From the NCBI GenBank assembly GCA_038087875.1, contig CM075992.1, positions 5,892,001 through 5,952,000 on the forward strand: a stretch of 60,000 nt of DNA. The letters run 5' to 3'. Both the position numbers and the translations under genes were made by a program. The notes beneath the pieces are model-generated. The model was not told where the DNA came from. It searched no databases and saw only the letters and a list, made by a program, of their open reading frames with translations. Positions 13,301 to 28,300 of this stretch are shown here, one piece after another; position 1 is the stretch's first letter; each line of letters begins with the position of its first letter. This DNA is from Malacoraja senta (taxonomy: Eukaryota).

Positions 13301-16300
13301 AAAATACAAAAGACAGTTAGCATTCAACACATCTAAGGGATTCCCTCAATTGCTACTAATTGGTGATGAACATACATGTTAAGCTCAGTTAAGGGCCTGT
13401 CCCACTAACGCGACTTTTCAGCAACTGTCTTCGACCTTCAAGCTCGAGGGCACTTGTCTGAAAAACCTCGAGCTGGATCGACCATCAGCGCACACACACC
13501 ACAAAGGCGAGGGCCAGGGAAAGCGGGAGAGCGCTGTCTGAAATTCATACCCGCGATGAACAGGAAGGTAAAAGACGGCTGGCACAGTGTCCTTTAGAGA
13601 GCGGGGAGGGGGGCGGGGGAGAAGGAGTGGAGACACTTTTAAGAAGCCAGACAACTTTTAATAAAGTTTAGCGGGCATTTAACATTGGTTCTGAAAACTC
13701 CAATGAGCCAATTAAAATGCCCGGTCAGCAAAAGAGATTGCCTACGGTTACCTCAACTGCCTATAACTACATGGCGACCCCACTAACACTGCACTATGAG
13801 TTCAAAAGAACCATGCCGACCAATTTTTACTCGCGGAAAAAATTTCAGCATGCTGAAAAATTTTCCTCAACCAAGTATGCGGGAACGTCACTCGAGCATG
13901 AAAGAGAGTTGCAGTGACCTCCTAGGACCACGTGTCGACCATGCTGCTAGCGCAAACTCCTCTAAACTCGCAAATTAGGTTGCCATAGTGGGACAGGCCC
14001 TTTAAGCATAAAGAACAATTGGCTCAAGGAATTAATTAGTTGCCATAACGTTGACCAGTCACTGCTGCTGAACATCTATACCAGTGATCCCCACGTCGCA
14101 CAAGGTTGCGTTCCTAGAAAACAGTCTGAATAGCGATCAATCTAACGTAACGCAAAGCCATCTGTATGTGCGTCAGGAATGCGAGTTTGAAAAATATATT
14201 TTGTGCTTCCTCATATTCCACACACGTTCCGTGAGAACAAATGTTATTGTGACTCTAATTTTTGTGTGTGGATCTGAGAATTTTGTTGGGGTCAATTTCT
14301 ATAACTTGAATGGCTGAAAAGGAGGGAGCGGAGGGATGTTAACATCTGACCATTCAAATAAAACGGAACTCCAGTGTGATGGCTACTAAGCTCAAGAATA
14401 CACAATAGGCAGAGACTTATCCACAGAACAGAATTAGTCTCACTACAAAAGGCTAATGTCTCAATTTTTATGAACATTACACATGACAGAGAGCACACCA
14501 ATCACCCATTTTAAAAGCACTGAAGCAGTTATATTTGGATACGGTCAGATGATGGATATTACATAAAGATTTAATATTTTGGACCGGGTCCCACCCACCA
14601 ACATGCCAGAATTTATTTTTAAATGCATAAACATGTAGTTTGAATGGATAGTTTTTAACCTCTAACAATTTATCTGCTCAAGTCAGTAACCCTTCGAACA
14701 AAGCAGAAGCTTGGTTAGTCCTTCGTCAATACCTAGTAATTATCAGCGGCAGAGAGAAGTATCAGATGGGACCAATGGCCAGAGCTCCAGTTCACAATTA
14801 CTACCCAGTAACCAATGATTACAGGATCCTTTTAGGGAGAACATGGTTGTAAAATAACAAAGAAAAGCAAGCAACGTGTGACAACAGACCACAGATGTAA
14901 TCTGGACACGTCTCCATGCTCAATACTATGAAATATAAGGACAGGAGCACGTTTCAATTAATTTACAAATTTAGTTATACTGGACTTTATTCTGAAAGCA
15001 GCAAGGCCATCAAACCTTCATCTAGGGTTTCACACCGAGGGAAGCAATTATCAATCAAGTTTCAAAAGCCACAGCATTTATATCCTGTATTATAAAAACA
15101 ACTTCAAAACACAACAATATACATACATCCAAGAAGTCAGCGGTTTCAGGTTTGAGCTTGGTCCCGATAAATTTTAATGTCTCCTTATGAAATTTGCTCT
15201 TCATGTGATTAGCAATTTCCTCATCTTCAAATGTTCGAAACTTACAGACTGAACAAGCATATGTTATCCTGCAAGAAACAAAGCAGAATTAGCCTATGAA
15301 CATCAGGCCCTGGCCAAATTCATGATCTTATGAGAGTTTTCTATACGTAGGTTTGTAATATCAACCAAACATAATTGTTACAAAATCATAAGGGGATTGG
15401 CAGAGTGTCCAAATTCAAATGCCACACACATTGTTAATCTTCCATCGCAGAACTGAATGTTCTGGACAGAATTAGCTCCTCCAGATCACTGGTATAGCAA
15501 CTCCAAAATTAAAAGAGTTGCCGTGTACAAGAGGACTATAAATCCCGAAAAAAGACAAAATGCTGGAGTGACTCAGCAGGTCAGGCAGCATACCAGGAGA
15601 ACACGGATAGATGACATTTTAGGTCTGGATCCTGCTATCTCCTTCCCAAAATCCGTAGAGAACATCCCTGACATACCCATTGTTTCTGCCTGCTCCTTAC
15701 CCACAGAACTCATCTCCATGATTCCATCCAATCCCCCCCCCCCCGTCCCTTCCGACCTACATCTGAGACACCTCGTATGCCTTTCAATTCTTCAATAACT
15801 TTCAATTTCTCAACCTCATTGCATTATCATTACCATGGATACCAGCCGCTTTATACCTCCATCCCCCACCAGGAATGTCTCAAAGACCTCCAGATCTTCT
15901 TTGAACAGAGACCAATCAATATTAATCTACTATAAAATGGCTCCTCGGCTACATAACCAAACTCATCCAATTCTGCTGCTTAATGAAAGCAAAGGCAAAA
16001 AAGGAAAGACAATGAGAATCTAATATATTTTATTAAGTATACTGCAATTTTCAGTACATTGTAACTCTTAAAACAAGCAAACAGTAAAGTCGAACTCTCA
16101 ACCATTCTTAAACTTGGCTAATGACATCCAAACACATTACCTCTCTGCAAGGCGGTCACGATTCTTTTTGGGCTTGCCAGACTTTTTCTTCTCTTGCATA
16201 GTTGGAACTATTTAAAGGAAAAATGAAAAACAGTTGAGGGTGATACCAATATCACAACATCAAAACAATGCCTAAATCATGTTGCACATTTGTATATACA

Positions 16301-19300
16301 GCACCCTTCATAATGTTTGGGACAAAGACCCATCATTTATTTATTTGCCTCTGTACTCCACAATTTGAGATTTGTAATACAAAAAAAAAAAATCACATAT
16401 GGTTAAAGTGCACATTGTCAGATTTTAATAAAGGCCATTTTCATACATTTTGGTTTCACCATGTGGAAATTACAGCTGTGTTTATCCATAGTCCCCTCAT
16501 TTCAGTGCACCTGCTTCACAGGTGTTTGTAATTGCTCAGGTGTGTTTAATCGCCTCCTTAATGCAGGTTTAAAAGAGCTCTCAGCACCTAGTCTTTCCAT
16601 CACCTTTGGAAACTTATTGCTGTTTATCAACATGAGGACCAAAGCTGTGCCAATGAAAGTCAAAGAAGCCATTATGACTAAGAAACAAGAATAAAATGTA
16701 GACATCAGCCAAACTTTAGCCTTACCAAAATCAACTGTTTGAAGCATCATTAAGAAGAAAGAGAGCCCTGGTGAGTTTACTAATGGCAAAGCTGATGATA
16801 GAAGAATTCTCTCTATAAAGAAAAATCCCCAAACACCTGATTGACAGATCAGAAACACTCTTCAGGAGTCAGGTGTGGATTTGTCAATGACCACTGTCCG
16901 CAGAAGACTTCATGAACAGAAATACAGAGGCTACACTGCAAGATCCAAACCACTGGTTAGCTGCAAAAATAGGATGGCCCGGTTAGTTCGCCAAGAAGCA
17001 CATAAAAGAGCAATCAGTTCTGGAACAAGGTCTTGTGGATAGATGAGACGAAGATCAACTTATATCAGAGTGATGGCAAGAGCAAAGTATGGAGGAGAGA
17101 AGGAACTGCCCAAGATCCAAAGCATACCACCTTATCTGTGAAACACGGTGGTGGGAGTGTTATGGCCTGGGCATATATGGCTGCCGAAGGTACTGGCTCG
17201 CTTATCTTCATTGATGATACAACTGCTGATGGTAGTAGCATAATGAATTCTGAAGTGCTCAAGTTCAAACAAATGTCGCAAAACTCATTGGCCGGGTACT
17301 GGCCAACGAGTACCTGGCCAATGATCATCCAGGACCAATGTCAGATAAGCAATTTGACCAGAAACTGATAGGATGAGATGAAGGACAAAGGAGAACAAAG
17401 TTAGGAAGAAATTAGAGGCCAATTATCAATCTTTTAGGATTCTCAAGGGAAAAATACAAGTGGCCTCAAAGGACCATTGCAGGGAAGCTCCTCAGCATCA
17501 GTAATCCCAATCTATACTTTCCCAATCTATACTTATGATCTGCAAATACAGAAAACACTGCTTGTTCTCTTCTAATTCAGGAATGCTTCTGATGAGACAA
17601 ATTACACAAACATGGCCCTCATTTACTAAATTCAAAAACTACAAATGCCCAAGTATGAATCACTTAATCCTAAAAAAAATGAATTTAAGGCAAGAGACAG
17701 AAACAATAACATTTACACATACAGATTCCACAGGTTGGCACCCTAGTGTTGAGATTAGCCAGTTATGCAACAGTTCTGTAATCAAACTTACAGCGTTTTG
17801 GTTTCTTCTCACTTGGATCCTTGTCCTCACCACCCTGTAAAAGAATGGAAGTATATTAAAATTTCAGGTGCCGAACTTTGCATACCCTACCCGTGCAAAT
17901 GTCAGAGCAAATATACAATTTCAACAAAGATGTTGCATTTTCAATTCTATTCCTGCAGTTTGGAGATTTAAACTCAACTTATCATTTTTTGCAAGATTTA
18001 TCAATAGTGATAATTGAATCATCACCTGGCCAGGAGAAAAACCAGAGTCACATCAAACAGTTTTACTGCCACATAAATGGGATAATTCAAGGTTAGCAAA
18101 TATGGGGATTGAATCTGATGCAGTACTGTGCACTGAACCTGAAGGCCAGCAGGCCACAACGCCTCTCACTCTGTGCAGTGCTGTTAAAGGGATGAATATG
18201 GGCGAGCAGTTTTTACCCTCCCATCACTATACTGAAACAATGCCATGTGATTAACATAAATCTACTTGGCAAAAGACCACCCTCAGTGCTACACCTGTGT
18301 CAAAGGAGATTAGAGGTTTTTTAGAGAGCATCATTATTATTTTACTGGAGATGTAACCCAGAGATATGAACCTTATAAAACACCAATGACAAATAGAGAA
18401 TTTAATGCAAGCAAATTTGAAATAGAATTGACTAATAAATATCTGGAAATAAAAGCAAATAAGATAAATGATAGCCACAAAATCACCATCATTGCCATTC
18501 AGGAAAGGGAAACTATAATACTAGGTTGTCTCATGAGGCACTCAGTTCAAGAACAATTAGGGATTGTCAATTATTCTTGGCTTAAGGACTGATATCCACG
18601 CCATATGAAAGAACAATGTAGGTATGTTACAATACTTACCTTCAGCGGCGCTGTAATTCTGCCACTGGCCGTGTGCGCGATTTTGGCGCCTTTAAGGGGG
18701 GGGGAGGCGGGGTTAAAACGCGGGTTTCTCCTACCTGGTCCTGTATTATATTTCGTTGGAGTGCCAGCGTTTGCTGAAAAATCGTTCCTACGGGGGTTTT
18801 GTGTATTTTTTATTTTTATTAAATCGACAATGTCAGCGCTGGAGTCATTTTTAAATCAGCTTCGAAAGCCGTCAACGCCGACGGATTTCACACACGGGAC
18901 AGGTAAACGAAAGTAGTTTATATTTTTGTATAAAAGTGCTTCTTAAGAAGCCTTTAATTCATATTTTTTTATGCGAAACGGTGATTCTTTTCCCCGAACT
19001 AACGGCAGTATTTTTCATGCCGATACGGGGTTAAATTCACCGCAAATCAACATTCCAAATGATCGCGTTCCAGAAAACCTCACTCGCAAGATGATTTAAA
19101 TGGCCATTAATTTACAGGTATTAAACATTAAATTCCTTCCATTTGGCCTGTAAATCCATGACAATGAGATAAAAAAATTATGTTATATTGTGAATTCTTG
19201 TGTGAATGTTATTTGGACACTTAGGCTATTTAAAAATGTTAATCTATTCTTAAGAAATTGATAAATGTTTAGATCTAGTAGTTGAATTTTGTAATTAGCT

Positions 19301-22300
19301 ACATTTAGGTAACTAACTTTATGCTTTAATTTCATGTCATCTAAGTAAGATTGTTTCATATTTGTTTCAGAATGCTTCAATCTATAATAAATGAAAATTT
19401 CTTTCAGTTATCTTAATTTTTAAGAAAGTTATGGGCTTTTGACTGTCCTCGATCACAGCTTTTGTGTTAAGTCAATGGAAAAGCAATAGGGAACAAGATG
19501 CTAATTTCCTAGTATGAAAATGGCCATAACTTTTTTAATACTGAAGATATGAAAGTGAATTAGGTGTCAAATTTTACTTCTTTTTATGCTTTATCTGATG
19601 GGATAAATTGCAGACATTATTTTTAAAATCTCAAAATTTTGTAACATTGCTAAACAATGTGCTTATGAATCCAAACAATTACAAACTGAAAGTAACCATT
19701 CATCCAAATGGAACGAGTCGGCCAACATTTGAGACATTTTCATTCTCCTCTCTATCTTCATCACATTTCCACATTTGGCAACCAAATAAACCGTTTATGT
19801 TTAATTAGCAGCAAATTACCATGTCCCGGTTGAGATATTTTTGGAGAAGTCAAATGATGGTCGTACTTACTGAATCAACTCCATCGTCCTCTTTGTCTTC
19901 TAAAAAACAAACAAAATAATTGCTTGAGTGGTTATTATGTCTGACCAACACAGAAGGGTTCCAACTAAATAAGATTAAGTGCCAATCGTCCAATAAATTA
20001 TGATATTTGTTCACCGATGAGCATCTTGGATTTCACAAAATTAACGTAATTTGCATATATCCGAGACAAATATTTCACAGCCTTCTTACATAGCAACAAG
20101 AAGGTAGACACAAAATGCGGGCAAAACTCAGTGGGACAGGCAGCATCTCTGGAGAGAAGGAATGGGTGAAGTTTCAGGTCAAGACCCTTCTTCTGAAGAA
20201 GCGTCTCGACCTGAAACATCACCCCTTCCTTCTCTCCTGAGATGCTGCCTGTCCCGCTGAGTTACTCCAGCATTTTGTCTACCTTCGATTTAAACCAGCA
20301 TCTGCAGTTCTTTCCTATACATAGCAACAAGAGGTCCCCAATTCATGTTTCTATAACTACCGCATTGGAAATATCTCCATCCACATTATTAAAAGCACAA
20401 ACATATAAACTTTAACTGATTATACGTACAATGTCGACCACCACAGTAGCCAGCATTATTTAACATATTTCATGAAAACTGCATACAAATTAAAGATCAA
20501 TCTGCCACTCATTAAATCTAATAAAGCAACCAAAACTATTGGTAAATTCCAAGTGTAGTCTCACCACATTTTTTTTACAGTCGTAACAAGGCTCTTCCAC
20601 TTCCTTTCTCCACCCCATTTGCAGTAAAGGGCAATATTCTATTTACTAACCCTCTGCACCTGAGCCTGCTCAGCATTTATTCTCAAGCTCAAATAAGGAG
20701 GCCAACATCCACATGCTCCTCTCACTGCCAAGAGAATACAAGGTTCAAATAAGTAATAAAATAATGTCCAGTACCAGCATCTTCTTCAACCTCATCATCA
20801 TCTGTTTTTGCTTGCTTGTTTTCAGGGTCTTCAGTACTACTTGTTGACTGTTTCCTCTTCCTGCCTGGGCCACCTATAACCTTCTTTCTCTGATAAGAAA
20901 CAAAGATAGCCTGCACTGAAATCAGATTTCAAACTATTAAGCATTTAACTCGTTAAATAAAAGGCCATTTAAAATTAATTTCAGGGTTTCTTTGGGTATA
21001 ATTTAACCAAGGCCAGACAACAAAAAAACTATTAAAAATAAAACCCTATATATTTTACATCACACCACAATGTTAAAACATGTTAATCTGCAATTCAAAC
21101 CAGAACCAGGCTAGTGCTGGTGACCCAATTACTGCTTGAAAATGCAAAATATTAGATTACAGTAATAATTTACTTTCCCCACAATTGTGATTCTTTTTTA
21201 AATCACAGCATGGTATAATAAACATTCTTAAAAATGCTGATCAAAATGCTTTTGCCCAACCCAACTTTCCCCAATACAAGGATGACCCCTCCCCCCTCCC
21301 CCACCACTGTTAATCAGCTATGACCTAGTTTATGTCTGAACTGCAAAGTCCAAGGACAACAGGTACTGCTTTGAGGGATGGGGCAAGTAAGAGTAGAGAG
21401 GAGAAACAAATTTTTTATAGTGTTACAACAAATTAAAACACTGAAATGCTGCACGCAATGAATTACTTTGAAGATGGTCGCACAAAGCTTGAAAACAATT
21501 AAATCATCTTAAAATCTGAACGTTTACTCAAATTCTAAATGCAGCTACAAATTCTTCCACAGATCGGAAAGATCCCTGAAAATTATATTTATAGTCAAGC
21601 ACGTTAGCAGAATGAGAACCTGATTTAATATTAAAAAAGGTTGATGGGCACTGCATTTTCAACTTGGCTTTTTTGATCTTTCACTAATTATACCCACTGG
21701 CCACTGAGTAAAATAAAAACGCTTTTGTTTTTAAGAAAGGTACTTACGCCTCTGGTTCGAATCTTGTCTCTCCTTCGCTGTCTGCCACCAAACGCTCTTG
21801 CCGAGCCTTGAGCTCGGAACAGGTCCATTGGGATAATGTTTGGGGAGAAGAGCGAAGGGAGGTTTCTGGTGGAGGGGGCAGCATTGTAGCCTCTGCCTCC
21901 CATTGGCATCTCATTCCAATGTGCAGACATCCGCCTGGAACTTCCAGGCTGCATGTAGGGGTCATTCCAGTTTGCTCTCCTATTTGGAGCCCAGTCTCTA
22001 GACCAGTTCTGACCCCGTTGGCTACCATATGCTCTGTTGTGGTACTGATCTCTGCGAGTCCCGTAGGAGTTGTCGTAGTGGTCATAGTGACCTCCATAGG
22101 AATCGTTATAATTAGGTCCAGAATCACCGTAACCATAGCCGTAGCCAGATCTGTACGGATCATGGTCATTCATTGAAGACCTGGAGTCATAGGACTCATA
22201 AGGTGTAAACCTGAAAGAGTTGCAGAGCAAGCAAGGAAGCTTATCAGTAGCTGGAAAGGACGATGGCACAAGCCTGCCAATCAGTGAAAGCAGACTAAAG

Positions 22301-25300
22301 ACTAAAACAGGATATTTCAGGTAATCATGGTGCTTGAGGTTTTATGTTGTCTGTAACATTGTCTAAATTACTAACTGCAGTAACTAGTGATGGCTGAGCA
22401 ACCAATACATCAAATATATCAGTAATGGAGCAAACAGCCTCTAGATGTTTAATGTTAAAATTGTTCTGTATGGGAATGGGTAAATACACAAACTTTGGCC
22501 ACTTTTAAAAAGATAAATGATCCAACTATCCAACATTCACTGCAGTCCCAATTACATATGTTAATTTGCTGTAAATCTCACCTAATTATTGGAAAAACTG
22601 TGCATTTTATAACAAGTTACTACAAACTATACTCTTCACATTACCAAGCACAGGTTGCATTGCAGATGAAAATCCTTGGAGACCCATTCACGCTGTTAAA
22701 ACAATTAACCAAACCTAGGGTCAATTATGCCGACAATCCTGGTGGTCTCAAAATGATTCGAAAGTCTGGCACAAAATACCAAGTGAGACATAAGCTGAGT
22801 TAATTTAGATTTATACAATGTTGGTTAAATCTACGTTGAATCCATGCTTAAACAAGTTCAAGTTAAATATGGCAGTATTAAAATACAAAATTAATAAACC
22901 AGTGTTTTCTCACCATACTGGAGGCAAACACCAGTTTCTCTTTGGGGTTGGGCGGTGGAAGAGTCAACAGGGTACTAGCCTATTTATATTTAAAGTGCCA
23001 CATCAATCCCGTTTCCAATTTGTCAACTTATTCCGTACAGTATTTTACCATCTAGTGACTCTCCAGAAGATACCTGTTGAATTGGCCTGAAGACCGAGAA
23101 GAGCCTGGTGTGTTATCACACTCTAGATGAGTGAGCATGTCCAGGCGTTGGTTGATCTTAGCGACGATGGAATCTGTGTTGGGGTTTTTAGGAGCATCCC
23201 AAGCCTTATTGCCAGAGTTATAGCCATAATTTCCTGAATAATCTCCTGAATTATCTTGGTTGTAATTGTAATCATAGCCATCATACCCTAACAGGAATAA
23301 AATACACATAATTAGATACTCAGATTATAAAAACACAAACTCAACAATAGAACCAGACACATCAACTATCCCACAATTTAATCAGATCATGATGGTTCTG
23401 CTCTTTACCCAATACTGAGATCATAACGAAACACACAAAGTGCTGGAGTAACTCAGCAGGTCAGGCAGCATCACTGGAGAACATGAATAGGCGACATTTT
23501 CAGTCAGGATCCTTCTTCATTCTGTCAGGCACGTCTGAAGAAGGGTCCCGAACCAAAACATCACCTATCCACGTTCTCCAGAGATGATGACTGACCTGCT
23601 GAGATACTCCAGCTCTTTGCCTCTTTTATTACAAATTTGAATATCTTCATTAGCTAGGTTGACCGAATTAAGAGCTGTACAAAATACTTTACATTCAAAT
23701 CATATAGCTTCAAATGTAATACATAATGTATTATGCAGGTAAAATATTTTAAACAGAACAATTCTGACCCCATTAAGCCCACATGCTAGATCTTATTAAT
23801 AAAAATGCAAAAGATATTCACCTTGACCATCGTCCCCGCCTGCGTTCCAAGAATCATCCTCTCCGTACTCTAAAAGAAACGGAATCAGAAAATAATTGTG
23901 TTGGTTAGATCAACTAATTACATAAAAAAGCAACTTATGTTCCTCCACATTACGATACAATTCCAGGGTACAACTGTTTCTTCAGATGACCACTGTTCAT
24001 GCAAGTCTAGCCAATGAACACTTGGAGGCGGTCGTCAGATAACATATTTTTAAAAACAGAACCAGTGAAAACCACTGGTAAATTCATGGTGATCTTCAAT
24101 TTAATTACACAACTCATACATCTATATAATAGATATGGTGGCCACAAAATTCCCAGCACCTACTCCTCCTCATCCAGATAGTTTTATGCCTTTTGCAATG
24201 CATTTTGTGATGAGGTGAACATAATTAACAGGATGGTTATCTTGATCTGTGGTGTTTATCATATCAATGTTATTTAAACCTTTAGGGTGGTCCTAAGATT
24301 ACGTCGGACGTAAGATTAAAAAGGTATGGGGTGGTGAGGGGTGACAAGATTTTACCTCCATAAGAAATCACATTAAACAACAAATTAGATACTTTATTAC
24401 TAGAAGAATTCAAATATATTGAAGATAACCACGTAGCAGCAAAAAATAAATTACAGGAGCAATTTCAAAAAAGTTGAATATAGAACTTTATATATATTGA
24501 ATATTGAATATGAATGGTAAGCTGCTATTGCAGACCTGATACAAACTGACCCCAATAAATGATATAAATCTACAAATCGGGGAGCAGAATGTGACAAGAG
24601 GGAAAATACCATGTATGAATATACTTGTGTAATGACACCAGGAAGAGACACACGCTTTTCTCTCCAGTAAGTAGATCTTCCTGCAGCAATGACTGCAAAA
24701 GTTACCCACACACAATTAAAACATGTTCACACAACTGCATTGGCATAGTCGAGAATACATGAACACCAGAGATCCTTTGAAGATTTTCCATTTAAATCTG
24801 CTGAAGCTAGAAACATAGAAACATAGAAATTAGGTGCAGGAGTAGGCCATTCGGCCCTTCGAGCCTGCACCGCCATTCAATATGATCATGGCTGATCATC
24901 CAACTCAGTATCCCGTACCTGCCTTCTCTCCATACCCTCTGATCCCTTTAGCCACAAGGGCCACATCTAGCTCCCTCTTAAATATAGCCAATGAACTGGC
25001 CTCGACTACCCTCTGTGGCAGAGAGTTCCAGAGATTCACCACTCTCTGTGTGAAAAAAGTTCTTCTCATCTCGGTTTTAAAGGATTTCCCCCTTATCCTT
25101 AAGCTGTGACCCCTTGTCCTGGACTTCCCCAACATCGGGAGCAATCTTCCTGCATCTAGCCTGTCCAACCCCTTAAGAATTTTGTAAGTTTCTATAAGAT
25201 CCCCTCTCAATCTCCTAAATTCTAGTGAGTATAAACCAAGTCTATCCAGTCTTTCTTCATAAGACAGTCCTGACATCCCAGGAATCAGTCTGGTGAACCT

Positions 25301-28300
25301 TCTCTGCACTCCCTCTATGGCAATAATGTCCTTCCTCAGATTTGGAGACCAAAACTGTACGCAATACTCCAGGTGTGGTCTCACCAAGACCCTGTACAAC
25401 TGCAGTAGAACCTCCCTGCTCCTATACTCAAATCCTTTTGCTATGAAAGCTAACATACCATTCGCTTTCTTCACTGCCTGCTGCACCTGCATGCCTACTT
25501 TCAATGACTGGTGTACCATGACACCCAGGTCTCGCTGCATCTCCCCTTTTCCTAGTCGGCCACCATTTAGAAAATAGTCTGCTTTCCTGTTTTTGCCACC
25601 AAAATGGATAACCTCACATTTATCCACATTATACTGCATCTGCCAAACATTTGCCCACTCACCCAGCCTATCCAAGTCACCTTGCAGTCTCCTAGCATCC
25701 TCCTCACAGCTAACACTGCCCCCCAGCTTAGTGTCATCCGCAAACTTGGAGATATTGCCTTCAATTCCCTCATCCAGGTCATTAATATATATTGTAAATA
25801 GCTGGGGTCCCAGCACTGAGCCTTGCGGTACCCCACTAGTCACTGCCTGCCATTGTGAAAAGGACCCGTTTACTCCTACTCTTTGCTTCCTGTTTGCCAG
25901 CCAGTTCTCTATCCACATCAATACTGAACCCCCAATGCCATGTGCTTTAAGTTTGTATACTAATCTCTTATGTGGGACCTTGTCGAAAGCCTTCTGGAAG
26001 TCCAGATACACCACATCCACTGGTTCTCCCCTATCCACGCTACTAGTTACATCCTCGAAAAATTCTATAAGATTCGTCAGACATGATTTACCTTTCATAA
26101 ATCCATGCTGACTTTGTCCAATGATTTCACCACTTTCCAAATGTGCTGCTATCCCATCTTTAATAACCGACTCTAGCAGTTTCCCCACTACCGATGTTAG
26201 ACTAACTGGTCTGTAATTCCCCGTTTTCTCTCTCCCTCAAGCCAGATATTTCAAAAAGGACTATTTAGTTATTCTGATGATTTTTAGCCCTCAAACTTGC
26301 CAGAGATGCATTTCAACATCCTACATATAAACCTAATAGAAAACAGGTACAAGCTCTTGTTTCGAGTCAGAGGGCAAAGGACAGCAAGTAACATAACCAT
26401 TCTTAAATGTGCAGATCATGTACTGTAGCTGATGATGAATTCACATACATTACAAAGGTCAGTAAAACATTGAATGATTGCTTGGTGGACTGCCAATAAA
26501 AATAATTTCCATTAGTGTCCAAAGGGGGGCAAGAATGGGAGCAAAGCAAGAGAGAGGGAAAGGGGACAGAGACAAGTTATAAAATCAATTATGAAAATGT
26601 CTTGACTGCGATTAAATAATGTAATGGGCATTTCAGTTCTATTAGATGGCAAGTTAGTTCATGGGAACATACATTTAAGCTTCATGGTCAGGATAACGTA
26701 GTACGCCAAACGTGATACAATTCTTGCCACAAAAAGTCTGCAAGTTTCTGTTCTGATCTTTCATAATATGTCAAAACAGTGTGGCACCCCCCAGAGTGGA
26801 CCTGTACCATTAAATAAGTAGAACAAGCAACTGTGGGTCCCTTCATGCAAGCAATGGAGGCATCCTTACTGAGAGTCTAAAGCAAAGTGCAAGGGAATAG
26901 TATTAAAAAATCCTCAATTTCCTACATTTATCAAAGACCACATCACAAAGAATTGGTAAAAGTTACTTAAGAATTAGCATGGTATGACAATCCCATGTAT
27001 ATTTCAATTGACAATTCCAAGCCTTTTGGATATGATATACTAGTACTGAAACATCAACATTAATGCTTCTGAATCTTATGTTCCCCAGCAAGATACTCTT
27101 AGATACAAGATCCTGATAAAGCAAGGGAATTCTTGTAACTCCTTGCTTTCCACATTTAACTGTACATATCAAGAAGCCAAAAATTCTGAGGAAATGTATT
27201 CATTAACAATGAACTCCAGCGTTCATATCACAATTTATGGCAACCGTATAAAAATTCAAAGCTTTTGTTTTCACTGGCCAAATGATGTAGTGGCATGGGT
27301 TGGCAATTGAATTAGACATATAACCCTATTCACCCCACCCTAACCCCCAAAGGACAAGCAATAGGATCTCCATACAAAACACAATGAAATAACATATTGA
27401 ATCTGCAAAGTATTATCACCCAGAGATAGTTATATATAATCAAGTGAAAAATGTAAAGTGACCTAAAGATTGTGCAAAATAATGAGATTATTTTCTGTAA
27501 CATAAAAAGTGCTTGTTGTAAGTTAAAATACAATTAAACCTACATTTAAAAATAAAATGCAAATGCATGAAACACAGATGCTGCATTTTTATGGACGATC
27601 AGAATGGCAGTCACCTGGGCAGAAAGACCTCTATGTCAAGACAGAGTACAGTAGGGAGATAGAATGAATCCAAGCAGCATTGTGTCAACAACAACATTGC
27701 CCTCAATGTCAGCAAAACAAAATAATTGGTCATCAACTTCAGGAAGTGGGGTCTAGTGCATGCTCCAGTTGTATCAATGGTGATGGAATCGAGATGGTCA
27801 TGAGCTTCCAGTTCCTGCATGTAAATATCACCAAACAATTTGTCCCGGTCAAACCACCTTTATGTCACCGGCAGAAAAGTACACCAACACCTCTACTTCC
27901 CCAGAAGCACCAAGGAAATTCAGCATGCCTCCAATGACTCTTCCAAATTTCTACCGTTGCACCATAGTAGCACCCTATTCTATACTAAGCTGTACTAGAT
28001 GCATCACAGGTTGGCATGGAAACTCATCTACCCAAGGTTGCCAGAAATTATGCACCAGCCCAGTCCATCACACGAACCCCAGCCTCCCCTCATCCGAGTC
28101 CATCTATACTCTATTGTAGGAAAACAGCCAACATAATCAGGGACCACTGCACCCCAGTCATTTCTCTCTTCTTCCTGCTCCAAAAGCTCCAAAAAGCTTT
28201 AAAGGACAATAGACAATAGGTGGCTGATCATCCTCAATCAGTACCCCGTTCCTGCCTTCTCCCCATTTCCCCCCTATCTTTAAGAGCCCTATCTAGCTCT

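Noticed and set aside
21744..22169. Overlapping Thr/Met-rich ORF open in both paralogs (also 54066-54461)
   Set aside because: This is the +1 frame of a Y/D/G/S-rich exon with few NTA/NTG codons, so few stops are expected; the similarity follows from the main frame.
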